From positions 1-64,000 of the IMG/VR virus record IMGVR_UViG_3300025789_001072: a DNA stretch of 64,000 nucleotides. One strand, 5' to 3'. Numbering within the stretch: the first letter of the stretch is position 1; the number at the start of each line of letters is the position of its first letter. Both the position numbers and the translations under genes were made by a program. Shown one piece after another: positions 1 to 9,808 of this stretch. The DNA comes from a virus. The notes beneath the pieces were generated by a model. That model ran no database searches, was not told the DNA's origin, and saw only the letters and a program-made list of their open reading frames with translations.

Positions 1-151
1 CTTCTACTAAACATTTATCACCAGCAAGTTCTTGAATAACTGCAACCAACTGGTCTACTGTATCGCTATCTAGTTTTGTGTCAGCAGTTTGTTTGTCTGC
101 AACTAGTTGTGATACTTTAATTGTAATTGATTCTTCAAATAGTTTAGCCAT
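1..151 (-). CDS. hypothetical protein, runs off window edge (MAKLFEESITIKVSQLV...)
   Basis: Translated by eye; ATG at 151 overlaps the end of ORF 144..494; SD-like GGAG and TAAATA upstream. Confidence 0.6.
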   Translation of the reverse strand, partial: MAKLFEESITIKVSQLVADKQTADTKLDSDTVDQLVAVIQELAGDKCLVE

Positions 152-494
152 TGATATTCTCCAAAGTATTTATTCTAGGTTTACGCCCACGCTTTTTACC
201 CGCACCACGCACTGCACCATTTGCCTTAATATCATAAGCAAGACCAAGCCGTGTGGGTTCCATACCATCAATCTCTTCAATTTTATCAATAGGAACACTA
301 AACTTGCGACCGCTACGATGAGAAGAAATAAACTTCATTGTACCTTCATCACTCACGACACGATCAACATTAAGAAATAAACGTTTCTCGGTGGGCATAC
401 CGCCAAATGCTGCTATAGGACACCGTGCTAGAATACGAGTCTTGCTATTCACGACACCACGATTAATAAGGGCTGTTGCTAATTCTAAATTCAT
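144..494 (-). CDS. hypothetical protein with basic C-terminus
   Basis: 116-aa ORF packed in operon with neighbours. Confidence 0.65.
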   Translation of the reverse strand: MNLELATALINRGVVNSKTRILARCPIAAFGGMPTEKRLFLNVDRVVSDEGTMKFISSHRSGRKFSVPIDKIEEIDGMEPTRLGLAYDIKANGAVRGAGKKRGRKPRINTLENING

Positions 495-498
495 TATG

Positions 499-1203
499 TT
501 ACGCTTTCACTTTCTTTACTAACTTATAAACTTTTTTAATTCCATCTTGGAACAACATATATAGCAGTGGAATATTGTCTGCACTTCGGCAATAAACACG
601 AACTGTGCCATAGTAATAATGTGTTTCAAAACCTGTGGCAGTACGAGTACACCAACGATTTAGTTCGTATGGCAGTGACAAGTCATCTTTGTTGTTATTA
701 ACAAACTCATACAACTCAAGTAGATTTTCTTTCTGTGTTTTTCTGCCACTACCTTGTGATCCACCGTTTTGCCAACCCCAATAAGTTTCAAACTCAACCT
801 GATAAGGAATATCTGGGTCATACCTTGTATCACTTACCAGTTTAACATCAACTGCGATATTGTCAAGGTTTTTTATCGCTGCAATATACTGATCATTACT
901 TGTGGTAAATCCTTTGACTGCGGCAAGAAGTGATGGATCATCAAGAATAGCATCAAGTGCTGTCGTGCTATTGGTAAAGAAACGCAAGTATGATTCTTTA
1001 CGAAGCCGACAGTCTGGATCAAGGGTTTTTAAAACTTTTCGCATATTTTCACGAATATCCCAATCTCTTGGAACTGCTAATTCTACACGAAAGTGATACT
1101 TGCCATACCAAAGTTTGTTTTCAGTATCAATGTGCCACTTAAACAAATGGTCTCTGAACCGATCACGGTATTCAATCAGCGTTAATTCTGCTATTTTGGT
1201 CAT
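499..1203 (-). CDS. hypothetical protein
   Basis: 234-aa ORF overlapping the clpA 3' end. Confidence 0.7.
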   Translation of the reverse strand: MTKIAELTLIEYRDRFRDHLFKWHIDTENKLWYGKYHFRVELAVPRDWDIRENMRKVLKTLDPDCRLRKESYLRFFTNSTTALDAILDDPSLLAAVKGFTTSNDQYIAAIKNLDNIAVDVKLVSDTRYDPDIPYQVEFETYWGWQNGGSQGSGRKTQKENLLELYEFVNNNKDDLSLPYELNRWCTRTATGFETHYYYGTVRVYCRSADNIPLLYMLFQDGIKKVYKLVKKVKA

Positions 1204-3409
1204 CTTGCGCTACCAATTCCAACTTGTCAACATTTAGGTCTACCTTAATATTAGCATAGTTTCCTGTCTTGTCAAACAGTATTTTCTTTGCTAGCGGAAC
1301 TTTAATATGTTCGTGAATTGTGCGATGCATTGGTCTGGCACCAAGACTTGGAGTATAACCCGTCTTGCACAACCAATTCCACGCAGAATCAGTAAGTGAT
1401 ACTGATGTATTCTTTAGGGCAAGTTTTTCATTAAGTTCACGAATAAACTTCTCTGCAACCTTACGAATTGTAGCCCCATCAAGTTTATTGAATGTAACAA
1501 TCGCATCAACACGATTGCGGAACTCTGGACGGAAATATTCTTTAACAGCAGCATCAACTGCATCCACGTTTGTTCCGCCACCAAATCCAATAATGTTACG
1601 TTCACTATCAGCAGCACCCAAATTACTGGTCATAATAAGGATAGACTGGCGGCAATCTGCTCGTTTACCATTGGTGCCAGTGATGAAACCTTCATCCATA
1701 ACTTGCAACAGCACCTGTGAAACATCAGGATGTGCCTTTTCAATCTCATCAAAGAGAATGATGGAGTGTGGGTTCTTGGCAATCTCACTAATAAGCAAGC
1801 CACCAGCAAGGTTAGCATCCTCGTAGCCAACATAGCCAGGAGGCGCACCAATAAGGCGTGAGATAGAATGACGCTCTTGATACTCACTCATATCAAAGCG
1901 CAGCAACTTCATGCTTAAACGATCTGCCAATTGCTTTGCAAGTTCAGTCTTGCCTGTGCCAGTAGGTCCAAGGAACAGGAATGAACCAACAGGCTTGTTA
2001 TCAGCCTTAAGACCAGCCTGTGATACCCACACACGGTCTAGCACCTTGTCAACTGCGGTATCTTGATTATACACAACTGCCTTAATCTCGGCACCAATAT
2101 TTGGCATAATCTTCTGTGTATTTTCTTCGCCTAATTGACTTTCTGGAATACCAGTGATACGACTGAGTTCACGGCGAATTTGTGCAACATCAATAGTGCG
2201 TGAGCCACGTGCCTTGGTGCGGCGTAATGCTGCGGCACTATCAATAAGGTCAATTGCCTTATCTGGCAACTTCTTGTCTGCCTGATAACGAGCACTCAAT
2301 TCTACTGCTTCATTTATAGCAGCATCGGTAATCTTAACATTATGAAAAGTTTCGTAGAGTAGTTTAATGCCGCTTAAAATTTGCTTGGTAACAGCAATGG
2401 TTGGTTCATCAATTGTCACACGATTGAAACGACGCATAAGTGCACGGTCTTTTTCAAAGTGTTGGGTATACTCTTCCCATGTTGTACTAGCAATAACCTT
2501 AAACTCGCCACGAGCAAGTGCTGGTTTCAGCATATTACTCAGGTCTACTGCGCTATTACTACCGCCACCAGCACCACGCATCTGATGTGCTTCATCAATG
2601 AATAGAATAACATTACCAAGTTCAGCAGCAGCCTCTAAAATTTCTTGAATACGTTCTTCAAAGTCACCACGATACTTTGTGCCAGCAAGCAATGAACCAA
2701 TGTTTAGGCTATAAACTTCATGGTTCTTAAGAAACTTTGGAACATTTCCTTGCACAATGTTAAGGGCAAGTCCTTCGGCAATGGCAGTCTTGCCTACGCC
2801 AGCATCACCAACAAGCAACACATTGCACTTGCTTTTTCTAGCAAGAATCTGTGTCATGTCAGCAATTTCTAAATCACGACCAATTACTGGATCAATTTTG
2901 CCACTGGCTGCTTGCTCATTGAGATTGGTGCAATATTCCTCAAGTGCTTGTGCAGCATAGTTGTTGTTTTTCTTTGTTGAGGATTTCTTATAAAGTTCAA
3001 CAATCTGCTCTGGTTCCACGCCATACTTCTTTAAGAAATATGCAGCATGGCTGTGTGTTTCTTTGGAAATAGAAAGGTATAGGTCAGTAATATGAATGTT
3101 CTGACGACCAAGAAGGATTACTTGCGTAAACGCACGATTAAACACTCGTTCAAGCGTTTGAGTTTTCTTTGGTTCTACGCCATCATCATTTGATTGCGGA
3201 ACATTATCAGCAACATATTGCTCTACATCAGCAATTAGGTTATCAACATCTACGCCAAGTGTATGCAAGGTAGTTGCGAAACTACGCTCATGCAGCATAC
3301 TAATTAGCAGATGCTCAACCGTAAAATACTGATGGTTGTTATCTGTTGCAAATTGCTTTGCATACTTAACTACTTTGTCTAGGTCGCCTTGGCTATTAAT
3401 CTTACTCAT
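1172..3409 (-). CDS. clpA: ATP-dependent Clp protease ATP-binding subunit ClpA
   Basis: Clp N-domain, two AAA+ modules (GDAGVGKT/FIDEAH; GPTGTGKT/LFDEIEKAHPDV), no ClpB middle domain, IGF ClpP-docking loop. Confidence 0.92.
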   Translation of the reverse strand: MSKINSQGDLDKVVKYAKQFATDNNHQYFTVEHLLISMLHERSFATTLHTLGVDVDNLIADVEQYVADNVPQSNDDGVEPKKTQTLERVFNRAFTQVILLGRQNIHITDLYLSISKETHSHAAYFLKKYGVEPEQIVELYKKSSTKKNNNYAAQALEEYCTNLNEQAASGKIDPVIGRDLEIADMTQILARKSKCNVLLVGDAGVGKTAIAEGLALNIVQGNVPKFLKNHEVYSLNIGSLLAGTKYRGDFEERIQEILEAAAELGNVILFIDEAHQMRGAGGGSNSAVDLSNMLKPALARGEFKVIASTTWEEYTQHFEKDRALMRRFNRVTIDEPTIAVTKQILSGIKLLYETFHNVKITDAAINEAVELSARYQADKKLPDKAIDLIDSAAALRRTKARGSRTIDVAQIRRELSRITGIPESQLGEENTQKIMPNIGAEIKAVVYNQDTAVDKVLDRVWVSQAGLKADNKPVGSFLFLGPTGTGKTELAKQLADRLSMKLLRFDMSEYQERHSISRLIGAPPGYVGYEDANLAGGLLISEIAKNPHSIILFDEIEKAHPDVSQVLLQVMDEGFITGTNGKRADCRQSILIMTSNLGAADSERNIIGFGGGTNVDAVDAAVKEYFRPEFRNRVDAIVTFNKLDGATIRKVAEKFIRELNEKLALKNTSVSLTDSAWNWLCKTGYTPSLGARPMHRTIHEHIKVPLAKKILFDKTGNYANIKVDLNVDKLELVAQDDQNSRINAD

Positions 3410-3415
3410 ATTACT

Positions 3416-3443
3416 AATATACCACCTTTTTGGTTAAAGTCAA
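3416..3443 (-). promoter_or_regulatory. sigma70-like promoter TTGACT-N16-TATATT upstream of clpA
   Basis: Same motif recurs at several operon starts in the window. Confidence 0.6.
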
Positions 3444-4318
3444 GTGTTTATTGGACGAATTTTCTGAATTTGATTAATTAATTGTAATTGTTGCTCGGTA
3501 AGTGCAGTAGGAATTAGGATATTAAGTTTTGCGATATATTTGCCACGTGTTCCATTACTACGAAGAAATCCTTCATCAGTAATTCCAAACTGGCTTTGAT
3601 GTTGTGTACCTGCTGGTATATTCAACTCAATAAACTTGCCACTTGGTAGATACAATGGTATCATTGCTCCCATAATTGCTTGAAAGCAATCGATGGTTAT
3701 TTCTTCAACTACATTTTCGCCATTTCGCATAAAACGTAAGTGTGGCTTGACATTAATTTGAAGTTCAAGATTGCCACGAGGAATAGCACCATTGGCATCA
3801 TCGCCTCGTCCTTGAATTGTAAACACAGAACCATGTTCAACACCTGGCGGTATATCTACTTGTATCGTTTCTTTGCTATTTGCAGTTTGATAATTTAGAA
3901 CCTTGCTTATAGGTTGTAGCGTTTCTAAAAACTCAATATCAACTACTAACCGTAGATTACGATTGCGTGGTGGTTGACGAGTTGAAAATCCAAACTGTTG
4001 TGCAAATTGTTCGTGAAATGCACCAAATGGGTCTGGCCCACCACCAAAGTTAAAATGAAATTCAAATGGATTACCTGCACCACGCTGCTGTGCCTGTCCA
4101 TATGGATTATGCTGTGCCTGTGGATTACGACGAGTATGATCATAATGCGCACGTGCATTTGGATCACTTAATGTGCTATATGCTTCATTGATCTGTTGAA
4201 ACGTTGCCTGATTACCACCCATATCTGGGTGATGCTTCTTGGCAAGGCTTCTGAATGCCGATTTTAATTCTTCGGGGCTAGCAGTTTCTGCCACACCAAG
4301 TGTTTCATAATGACTCAT
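3440..4318 (-). CDS. DnaJ-class (type II, CbpA-like) co-chaperone
   Basis: N-terminal J domain with HPD, G/F-rich linker, DnaJ C-terminal domain, no zinc finger. Confidence 0.9.
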   Translation of the reverse strand: MSHYETLGVAETASPEELKSAFRSLAKKHHPDMGGNQATFQQINEAYSTLSDPNARAHYDHTRRNPQAQHNPYGQAQQRGAGNPFEFHFNFGGGPDPFGAFHEQFAQQFGFSTRQPPRNRNLRLVVDIEFLETLQPISKVLNYQTANSKETIQVDIPPGVEHGSVFTIQGRGDDANGAIPRGNLELQINVKPHLRFMRNGENVVEEITIDCFQAIMGAMIPLYLPSGKFIELNIPAGTQHQSQFGITDEGFLRSNGTRGKYIAKLNILIPTALTEQQLQLINQIQKIRPINT

Positions 4319-4356
4319 ATAATAACTATGCCACGATACTGGTTATTTGTCAAGTG

Positions 4357-5013
4357 TTAAGTAGTGCTTATTGTGCCACTAGGTGGCTTTGTACCAGCCG
4401 TTGCGCTTGCTGCTGATGTTTTCTCTTGAGTTCTGCCATAAGCAGAGATACCAAGAATGGCACCGAATGCAAGGTGAATTAACCCACCATTTGACAGCGT
4501 AAGGCTTTGCCATTGAGCATAGGTAACTGTATTTGCACCTAAACTTTTTAAAAAAATTGGCATCAACATGCTTAAAATTGGAGCGGCAACAAAATCAAAG
4601 AAACAAATCAACATATAAAGCCAACCCATTGCTGGACGCCAGTAACTTTTCATCCAGTGTTCACTGGTTTTTTCTTCTTTTTTATTTTCTTCTTTGGCTA
4701 TCTGTGCACGTTCATAAGCAACTTCGTCTTCTCGCTGATCTTCATGACGATCTTCAATCGCCATCTTATGATATTCTTTTTTTTCTTCTAATGCAAAGCG
4801 CATTTCTTCAAGACGAAGTTTACGAAGTTCAATGTTGTTTTGGTCTGATTCTGATAATACAGGTGCAGATGGAGCAGCAGTTTTTAACTGCGCATCATCT
4901 GGGCGTTCATCATCTGCCATACGACGAGGGCCAACTGGCTCGTCATCATCCTCAATTGGTGCTGCCACTGGTAGTTCCTGACTTGGTTGTACCTTGGGTA
5001 GAGGCTTGGGCAT
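4357..5013 (-). CDS. putative holin (3TM/GTA-holin-like C-terminus) with long hydrophilic N-terminus
   Basis: WMKSYWRPAMGWLYMLICFFDF motif and two hydrophobic segments; follows spanin pair; start re-placed at MPKPLP (5013). Confidence 0.6.
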   Translation of the reverse strand: MPKPLPKVQPSQELPVAAPIEDDDEPVGPRRMADDERPDDAQLKTAAPSAPVLSESDQNNIELRKLRLEEMRFALEEKKEYHKMAIEDRHEDQREDEVAYERAQIAKEENKKEEKTSEHWMKSYWRPAMGWLYMLICFFDFVAAPILSMLMPIFLKSLGANTVTYAQWQSLTLSNGGLIHLAFGAILGISAYGRTQEKTSAASATAGTKPPSGTISTT

Positions 5014-5347
5014 CGTAGTAAGATTTGTAGGCGTTAATTTGCGCTTGATATTGTCTAATGACTTTAACAAGGTTGGCTTGGTTAACAGCCATGTCCTCGT
5101 AATCTCTTGGGTTAATGGCGAAAAGGCTTTCGCTATGTGCTTTTCCAAATGCCGTGTCAATGTGATCTTCACTTCCTGGTTTTGCTGATTTATTTACCAC
5201 ATGCCATTCTACATCACTTAACTTAACTTGGTCTACGCTAGGAAGAACAAGAGTTGGACGTTCAACAGTTACCACTGCAGTTGTGCCAACAGTTTGGCAA
5301 GCAGCGAGTAATAAACATAGTGGAATTGCTTTAGCAACCTTGAGCAT
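4952..5347 (-). CDS. putative o-spanin (outer-membrane lipoprotein)
   Basis: Lipobox LLLAAC after a short signal peptide; overlaps the upstream TM/coiled-coil gene. Confidence 0.7.
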   Translation of the reverse strand: MLKVAKAIPLCLLLAACQTVGTTAVVTVERPTLVLPSVDQVKLSDVEWHVVNKSAKPGSEDHIDTAFGKAHSESLFAINPRDYEDMAVNQANLVKVIRQYQAQINAYKSYYDAQASTQGTTKSGTTSGSTN

Positions 5348-5732
5348 TGGTTAAACCTTTATTGACAGTATCTTCTATGCAGCGGAATGATTTGGCTGTT
5401 GCGTCATTCATACGCTTTTGTAACTCTGTTGGTTTGCTTTGTGCAAATGCGCCAAGGTCACGATTATTTTTCGTAAATTTTTCTTGGATATCTTGCACTT
5501 CATTGCGAGCAGCCTGATAGTCATCAAATGTCTTTTGTGAAACTGCTTGCTGTTCCTTTAAATCTGCTTGTGTTTTTTCAAGGGTTGCTGTCGTAGTCTT
5601 AAGAGCAAAGTCCTTGCTTGCTACTTCCTGATTCAATCTTGCTAGTTCGTCCTGTGTATACTTGAAGTAACCTACTACTGCACCGATTAATAAAACCACT
5701 GCCATTATTTTATAGATTGAAAATCCAAACAT
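5331..5732 (-). CDS. putative i-spanin
   Basis: N-terminal TM helix, long coiled coil, C-terminal Cys residues, overlaps the lipoprotein gene. Confidence 0.7.
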   Translation of the reverse strand: MFGFSIYKIMAVVLLIGAVVGYFKYTQDELARLNQEVASKDFALKTTTATLEKTQADLKEQQAVSQKTFDDYQAARNEVQDIQEKFTKNNRDLGAFAQSKPTELQKRMNDATAKSFRCIEDTVNKGLTNAQGC

Positions 5733-6259
5733 TAGATAATCCCACTTAGTCTCTTGATATCTGCTATATCACTATTTAACTTTTTGGTTTCATTTTTAAT
5801 TGTCACAAATTTCTGCACGGTTTCTTCATATTTTTCAGGAGAAAGCGGCACAATCTTTGTGAAATTTTCTTCGTTCATTGGTTGATAATCATCTTGCTTA
5901 TACCAACGAAATTTCCATTCGTCTGGTGAGATACCTGTTAGGTGATCTAGGTCTGTTAACATTTCATTTACATACTTGTAAAGATTTGGACGACGTTGTG
6001 CTTCAACAAAGACAAGACGATCCATATCACTTACTTCACCTGTTGATACATCGGCATCAAGAATCCAGTCATACCCATTTTCAAGGAATGATACTAAATC
6101 ATTTGCTGGCATAATATCACGAATCTTAAAACTGAGCGTGACAACATCTTGTGCTTGCCCCATCTTGCTATTATACTCATCAATGTGAATAGTATCCTTA
6201 ACCAAATAGTTGAGGTCACCCATTTGTAAACCTTCAGATATTAGGGACGGGCGCTGCAT
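5732..6259 (-). CDS. hypothetical protein (possibly virion-associated)
   Basis: 175-aa ORF coupled to neighbours, C-terminal IKRLSGI motif. Confidence 0.65.
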   Translation of the reverse strand: MQRPSLISEGLQMGDLNYLVKDTIHIDEYNSKMGQAQDVVTLSFKIRDIMPANDLVSFLENGYDWILDADVSTGEVSDMDRLVFVEAQRRPNLYKYVNEMLTDLDHLTGISPDEWKFRWYKQDDYQPMNEENFTKIVPLSPEKYEETVQKFVTIKNETKKLNSDIADIKRLSGII

Positions 6260-6797
6260 TAGGCTCTCCTTCGGGTTGTTCTTGTGGTTGCGGTGTGGTA
6301 TCTTGCTTGGTATTGGTCTGGTCAGTCAAACCTTTTTCCATGCTATTTTGTAGATCACTTAAGTCTACTTCTTCACCGGCAATGTCTACTGAACCTTGTT
6401 TAATGTCAGCCATAAGTTTCTTTGGTAGCATCATCTCTACATACCAGATTGGAAAGTCAACAAGTTTACCTTTATGACTGCCTGGGCGAATGTCTTGAGG
6501 ACTGCGAATTTCAACAGGCATTTGCACAACATCTTTTTCATAGGTAATCTTTGCACCATATGGAATAAGACGCTTGGCTGCTGCTGGATCAGGCATACGA
6601 TCACGTGGCCACATAAACTTGCACTTTACCCAATAACGACTAATTTTAGGACCATCTACAAGTTCGCCAATGCGCCAGTTTGGAAATGTGTAAAAATCCA
6701 TGCTGTCTAACACTCGCTCAAAGTCGCATAACATGCTGACAGCAGCATCACTCATATAAATCTTTTTAACACTATCAATATTTGGTTTAACACTCAT
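6234..6797 (-). CDS. hypothetical protein
   Basis: ORF 6234..6839; start more likely at MSVKPN, downstream of a TAAATA motif. Confidence 0.6.
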   Translation of the reverse strand: MSVKPNIDSVKKIYMSDAAVSMLCDFERVLDSMDFYTFPNWRIGELVDGPKISRYWVKCKFMWPRDRMPDPAAAKRLIPYGAKITYEKDVVQMPVEIRSPQDIRPGSHKGKLVDFPIWYVEMMLPKKLMADIKQGSVDIAGEEVDLSDLQNSMEKGLTDQTNTKQDTTPQPQEQPEGEPNAAPVPNI

Positions 6798-6908
6798 GGC
6801 AACACCTTTGAGATATTTATGATTGTACAGCACCTTCAAAGATTACAATATAATTGTCATATTACATCATTAAATACTTTTGTGTTACAACCAACACAGG
6901 AATCTCAA

Positions 6909-7682
6909 ATGCAGCATAAGCGTAAACAGAAGTATAATCAGCCAATGAATAGTTTTAACAATGGAAACGGAAACTCACACAAACGAAATTATAATAATGT
7001 TATAGAACCTGACCAGTTCGCACCTGCTAAAAAAAGAAATGTAGATATAATCCCAAGAAACCTTAATCAAGAACATTATCTTGATTTACTAATGGATGAT
7101 AGCGTAAGTATCATCATCGCAAGCGGACCAGCGGGAACTGGTAAAACCTTGCTAGCAATGCAAGCCGCAATTAAAGCCTTAAAAAATCGTGAAATTGAAC
7201 GCATTATTCTCACTAGACCAGCAGTGGGTGTAGAAGGTGAAAAGCACGGTTTTCTACCAGGTGACCTAAATCAAAAAATGGAACCTTGGACCAAGCCACT
7301 ATTTGATGTTCTCCACGAGTATTATAGTATTCGTGAAACTCAACAGATGGTAGAAACAGGTGTAATTGAAATTTGCCCACTTGCATTTATGCGTGGTCGC
7401 ACATTCAAGAACTCTATGATTATTGCTGACGAAATGCAGAACGCAACACCTAATCAAATGAAGATGTTGCTTACTCGTATTGGTGAAGGCAGTCGCATTG
7501 TTGTAACAGGTGACGTTCGTCAAACTGACAGAACAGAAGGTGAAAATGGTTTGTTAGACTTTAGCCGTCTTATTGACCGTTTTGCTGACAGTGACCATGT
7601 TGGAACAGTTGAGTTCAACGGTGGTGACATTGAACGTCATCCTGCAGTTGAAGAAATTCTACGCATCTACGGCGATATTTAA
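6909..7682 (+). CDS. phoH: PhoH-family ATPase
   Basis: GPAGTGKT, LTRPAV, GFLPGDL, FMRGRTF, DEMQN, TGDVRQTD motifs; start re-placed at MQHKRK. Confidence 0.93.
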   Translation: MQHKRKQKYNQPMNSFNNGNGNSHKRNYNNVIEPDQFAPAKKRNVDIIPRNLNQEHYLDLLMDDSVSIIIASGPAGTGKTLLAMQAAIKALKNREIERIILTRPAVGVEGEKHGFLPGDLNQKMEPWTKPLFDVLHEYYSIRETQQMVETGVIEICPLAFMRGRTFKNSMIIADEMQNATPNQMKMLLTRIGEGSRIVVTGDVRQTDRTEGENGLLDFSRLIDRFADSDHVGTVEFNGGDIERHPAVEEILRIYGDI

Positions 7683-8014
7683 TTCGTAGGGCGACTTAAT
7701 ATTTTTAAGAGTTGCCAATTATTATAGGCTTCTTCAACGGATGGATTCTCGTGAGTTTGATCTTTTACCCAACTGGTTTCACGAACCCACCCGTTGATTT
7801 TATTTTTATAAGAAGCAACCATCCATGCTTCTACTAGGTATTGCTCATACCATGTATCTTTGCCATTGTCGTCTTTTTGTATGCCAAAGAAAGCATTGCC
7901 ATCCATTATAGCAATTACTTCTGCAATAGGACGTAAGATACGTTTTTCTTCCGCAGTAAATTTCTTTTTGCGTGTTTTCTTGTAAGTGTTGTGTATATGA
8001 CTAAGAATTTCCAT
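7679..8014 (-). CDS. hypothetical protein
   Basis: 111-aa ORF overlapping the clamp loader end. Confidence 0.6.
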   Translation of the reverse strand: MEILSHIHNTYKKTRKKKFTAEEKRILRPIAEVIAIMDGNAFFGIQKDDNGKDTWYEQYLVEAWMVASYKNKINGWVRETSWVKDQTHENPSVEEAYNNWQLLKILSRPTN

Positions 8015-8936
8015 TAATTTCCGCTAACTCACACAATGTAGCACTTAGGTTAATTTCAGCATCGGCAACCATAGAATGATTGACTAGTCCATTGCGAATG
8101 ATAACAATAGCACGATCTTGTCCTTCATCGGTGGTTGAAAATAACTCAAGGTTGTCATACATCCAACGAAATACTTCTTCAATTTCATCACTACGAACTT
8201 GATTGCATAGAAGTTTACGTGCCTCTCGTACCTTACCACTCTTGAATAAATCAACTGCGGCAATACGATAATCTGTGCTACTCTGTGAATCGTTGCTTGC
8301 AGAACTTAAAGAACCACCATTGCTTGCACTTTGCAAACTGTTGATACACTTACGTAGGTCAGGATAGGCTGCAGTTACATAAACGTCTAGGGTATCTAAA
8401 TCAAAATCAACATTTTCTTCAACAAGAATAGTAGCAGCACGAGCAGTAAACTCAGTCTTATCAAGACGTTCAATATGAAATCCCTGACAGCGGCTATGCA
8501 GTGCTGGAATAATCTTATTGGGATAGTTACAGGTCATGATAAACCTAGCACTGCTGCTATAAGTTTCCATCAAACCACGCAACACTGCCTGTGCGCTCGG
8601 TGAAAGATAATCTGCCTCATCAAGCAGCACAATCTTAAACTCACCAAATGGCATCGTAGATACAAATCCTTCAATCTTATCACGAATGAAGTCTACGCCA
8701 TTGTCTCGTGAAGCATTGATTTGTAGAACGTCGTAGTCATCTACGCCCAAGTCATGGATAAGAACCTTTGCTAAGGTAGTTTTACCTGTGCCTGGTCCGC
8801 CGCTGAATAGCAAGTGTGGAATAGTTGCATCACTAATCCACTGGCGAACCTGTGCTTCTTGTGTGGCATCACGCCACACATAATCCGTCACGCTAGATGG
8901 ACGATACCGTTCAACCCAAAGATAATTTTTTGTCAT
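8001..8936 (-). CDS. sliding-clamp loader ATPase subunit (T4 gp44/RFC small subunit family)
   Basis: LWVERYRP, GGPGTGKTT, INASRD, LLDEAD, SRC motifs. Confidence 0.93.
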   Translation of the reverse strand: MTKNYLWVERYRPSSVTDYVWRDATQEAQVRQWISDATIPHLLFSGGPGTGKTTLAKVLIHDLGVDDYDVLQINASRDNGVDFIRDKIEGFVSTMPFGEFKIVLLDEADYLSPSAQAVLRGLMETYSSSARFIMTCNYPNKIIPALHSRCQGFHIERLDKTEFTARAATILVEENVDFDLDTLDVYVTAAYPDLRKCINSLQSASNGGSLSSASNDSQSSTDYRIAAVDLFKSGKVREARKLLCNQVRSDEIEEVFRWMYDNLELFSTTDEGQDRAIVIIRNGLVNHSMVADAEINLSATLCELAEINGNS

Positions 8937-8976
8937 AAGATTATACTAACACTGAGTTAGAGGAATGTCAACTATT

Positions 8977-9366
8977 TTAAGTTGGATTAAGACCAAATGT
9001 CAAATCTTCTTTTGGTGGCTCATCGCTACTCATAAGAATATCTTTTGGATCAACAAGACGAACAGTAGTGCTGTTACCTTCTTCATCGGTCATATCGAGA
9101 CCACGAGTCCAACGACCATGTGCTACGAGAATATATTCGCCTGGCACAACATCTTGTTGCGTTGGTCCAACTGCTACTACTTCTGCCCAACGAGGACGAA
9201 TGCCTTGACCTTTCTTATCATCATCAATAATGATAATGCCACCAAGTGTTTGACGTTCACCAAATGCCATATCCTTGACCAACACATTGTTTTTTGTCGG
9301 TGTAATGTTGCGATAGTCTTGGTAATAATGTAATACGCTACTACGTGAACCTAATGTGTTTATCAT
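8977..9366 (-). CDS. GroES/Cpn10-like co-chaperonin
   Basis: ITPTKNNVLV, mobile loop TLGGIII, AEVVAVGP. Confidence 0.8.
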   Translation of the reverse strand: MINTLGSRSSVLHYYQDYRNITPTKNNVLVKDMAFGERQTLGGIIIIDDDKKGQGIRPRWAEVVAVGPTQQDVVPGEYILVAHGRWTRGLDMTDEEGNSTTVRLVDPKDILMSSDEPPKEDLTFGLNPT

Positions 9367-9779
9367 ATTCTGTTTCTCTGTGCTCTCATTTTTTCGGCAA
9401 GTTCCGTACTACGTTGTTGTGCATCCGCAATACCATTGTTGGTGCTTACGCCACTTTGTGGTTCAACGACAGTTGGTTCCGCATTTGCTGCTTCAATCTG
9501 ATCATAGCCATTTGAAATTGGTTCGGCAAAGATATCAGCCACTGCTGCGGCATTTGCTTCATCGGCATTATTAAAGATTTTACCGTCAGTCAATTGGCTT
9601 GATTTTTGACTATTATAAAATTCAGTCATGATTTCATCTCGTGTTTTTACAACTTGACCGCCTTGGCCCAATAAATCACCACGAGCGTTCATGCGACTAT
9701 TTCCAACAGCAACTGTATTTTCCTGTTGTATTTTAAGAGCATTGATATCAAGATATCGCCCATTTGATGTTCTGTGCAT
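9363..9779 (-). CDS. hypothetical protein
   Basis: 138-aa ORF with AVGNSRMNARGDLLG motif, coupled to groES. Confidence 0.65.
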   Translation of the reverse strand: MHRTSNGRYLDINALKIQQENTVAVGNSRMNARGDLLGQGGQVVKTRDEIMTEFYNSQKSSQLTDGKIFNNADEANAAAVADIFAEPISNGYDQIEAANAEPTVVEPQSGVSTNNGIADAQQRSTELAEKMRAQRNRI

Positions 9780-9808
9780 AGTTGAGTCGTCCTCTGTATT
9801 ATATCTAT

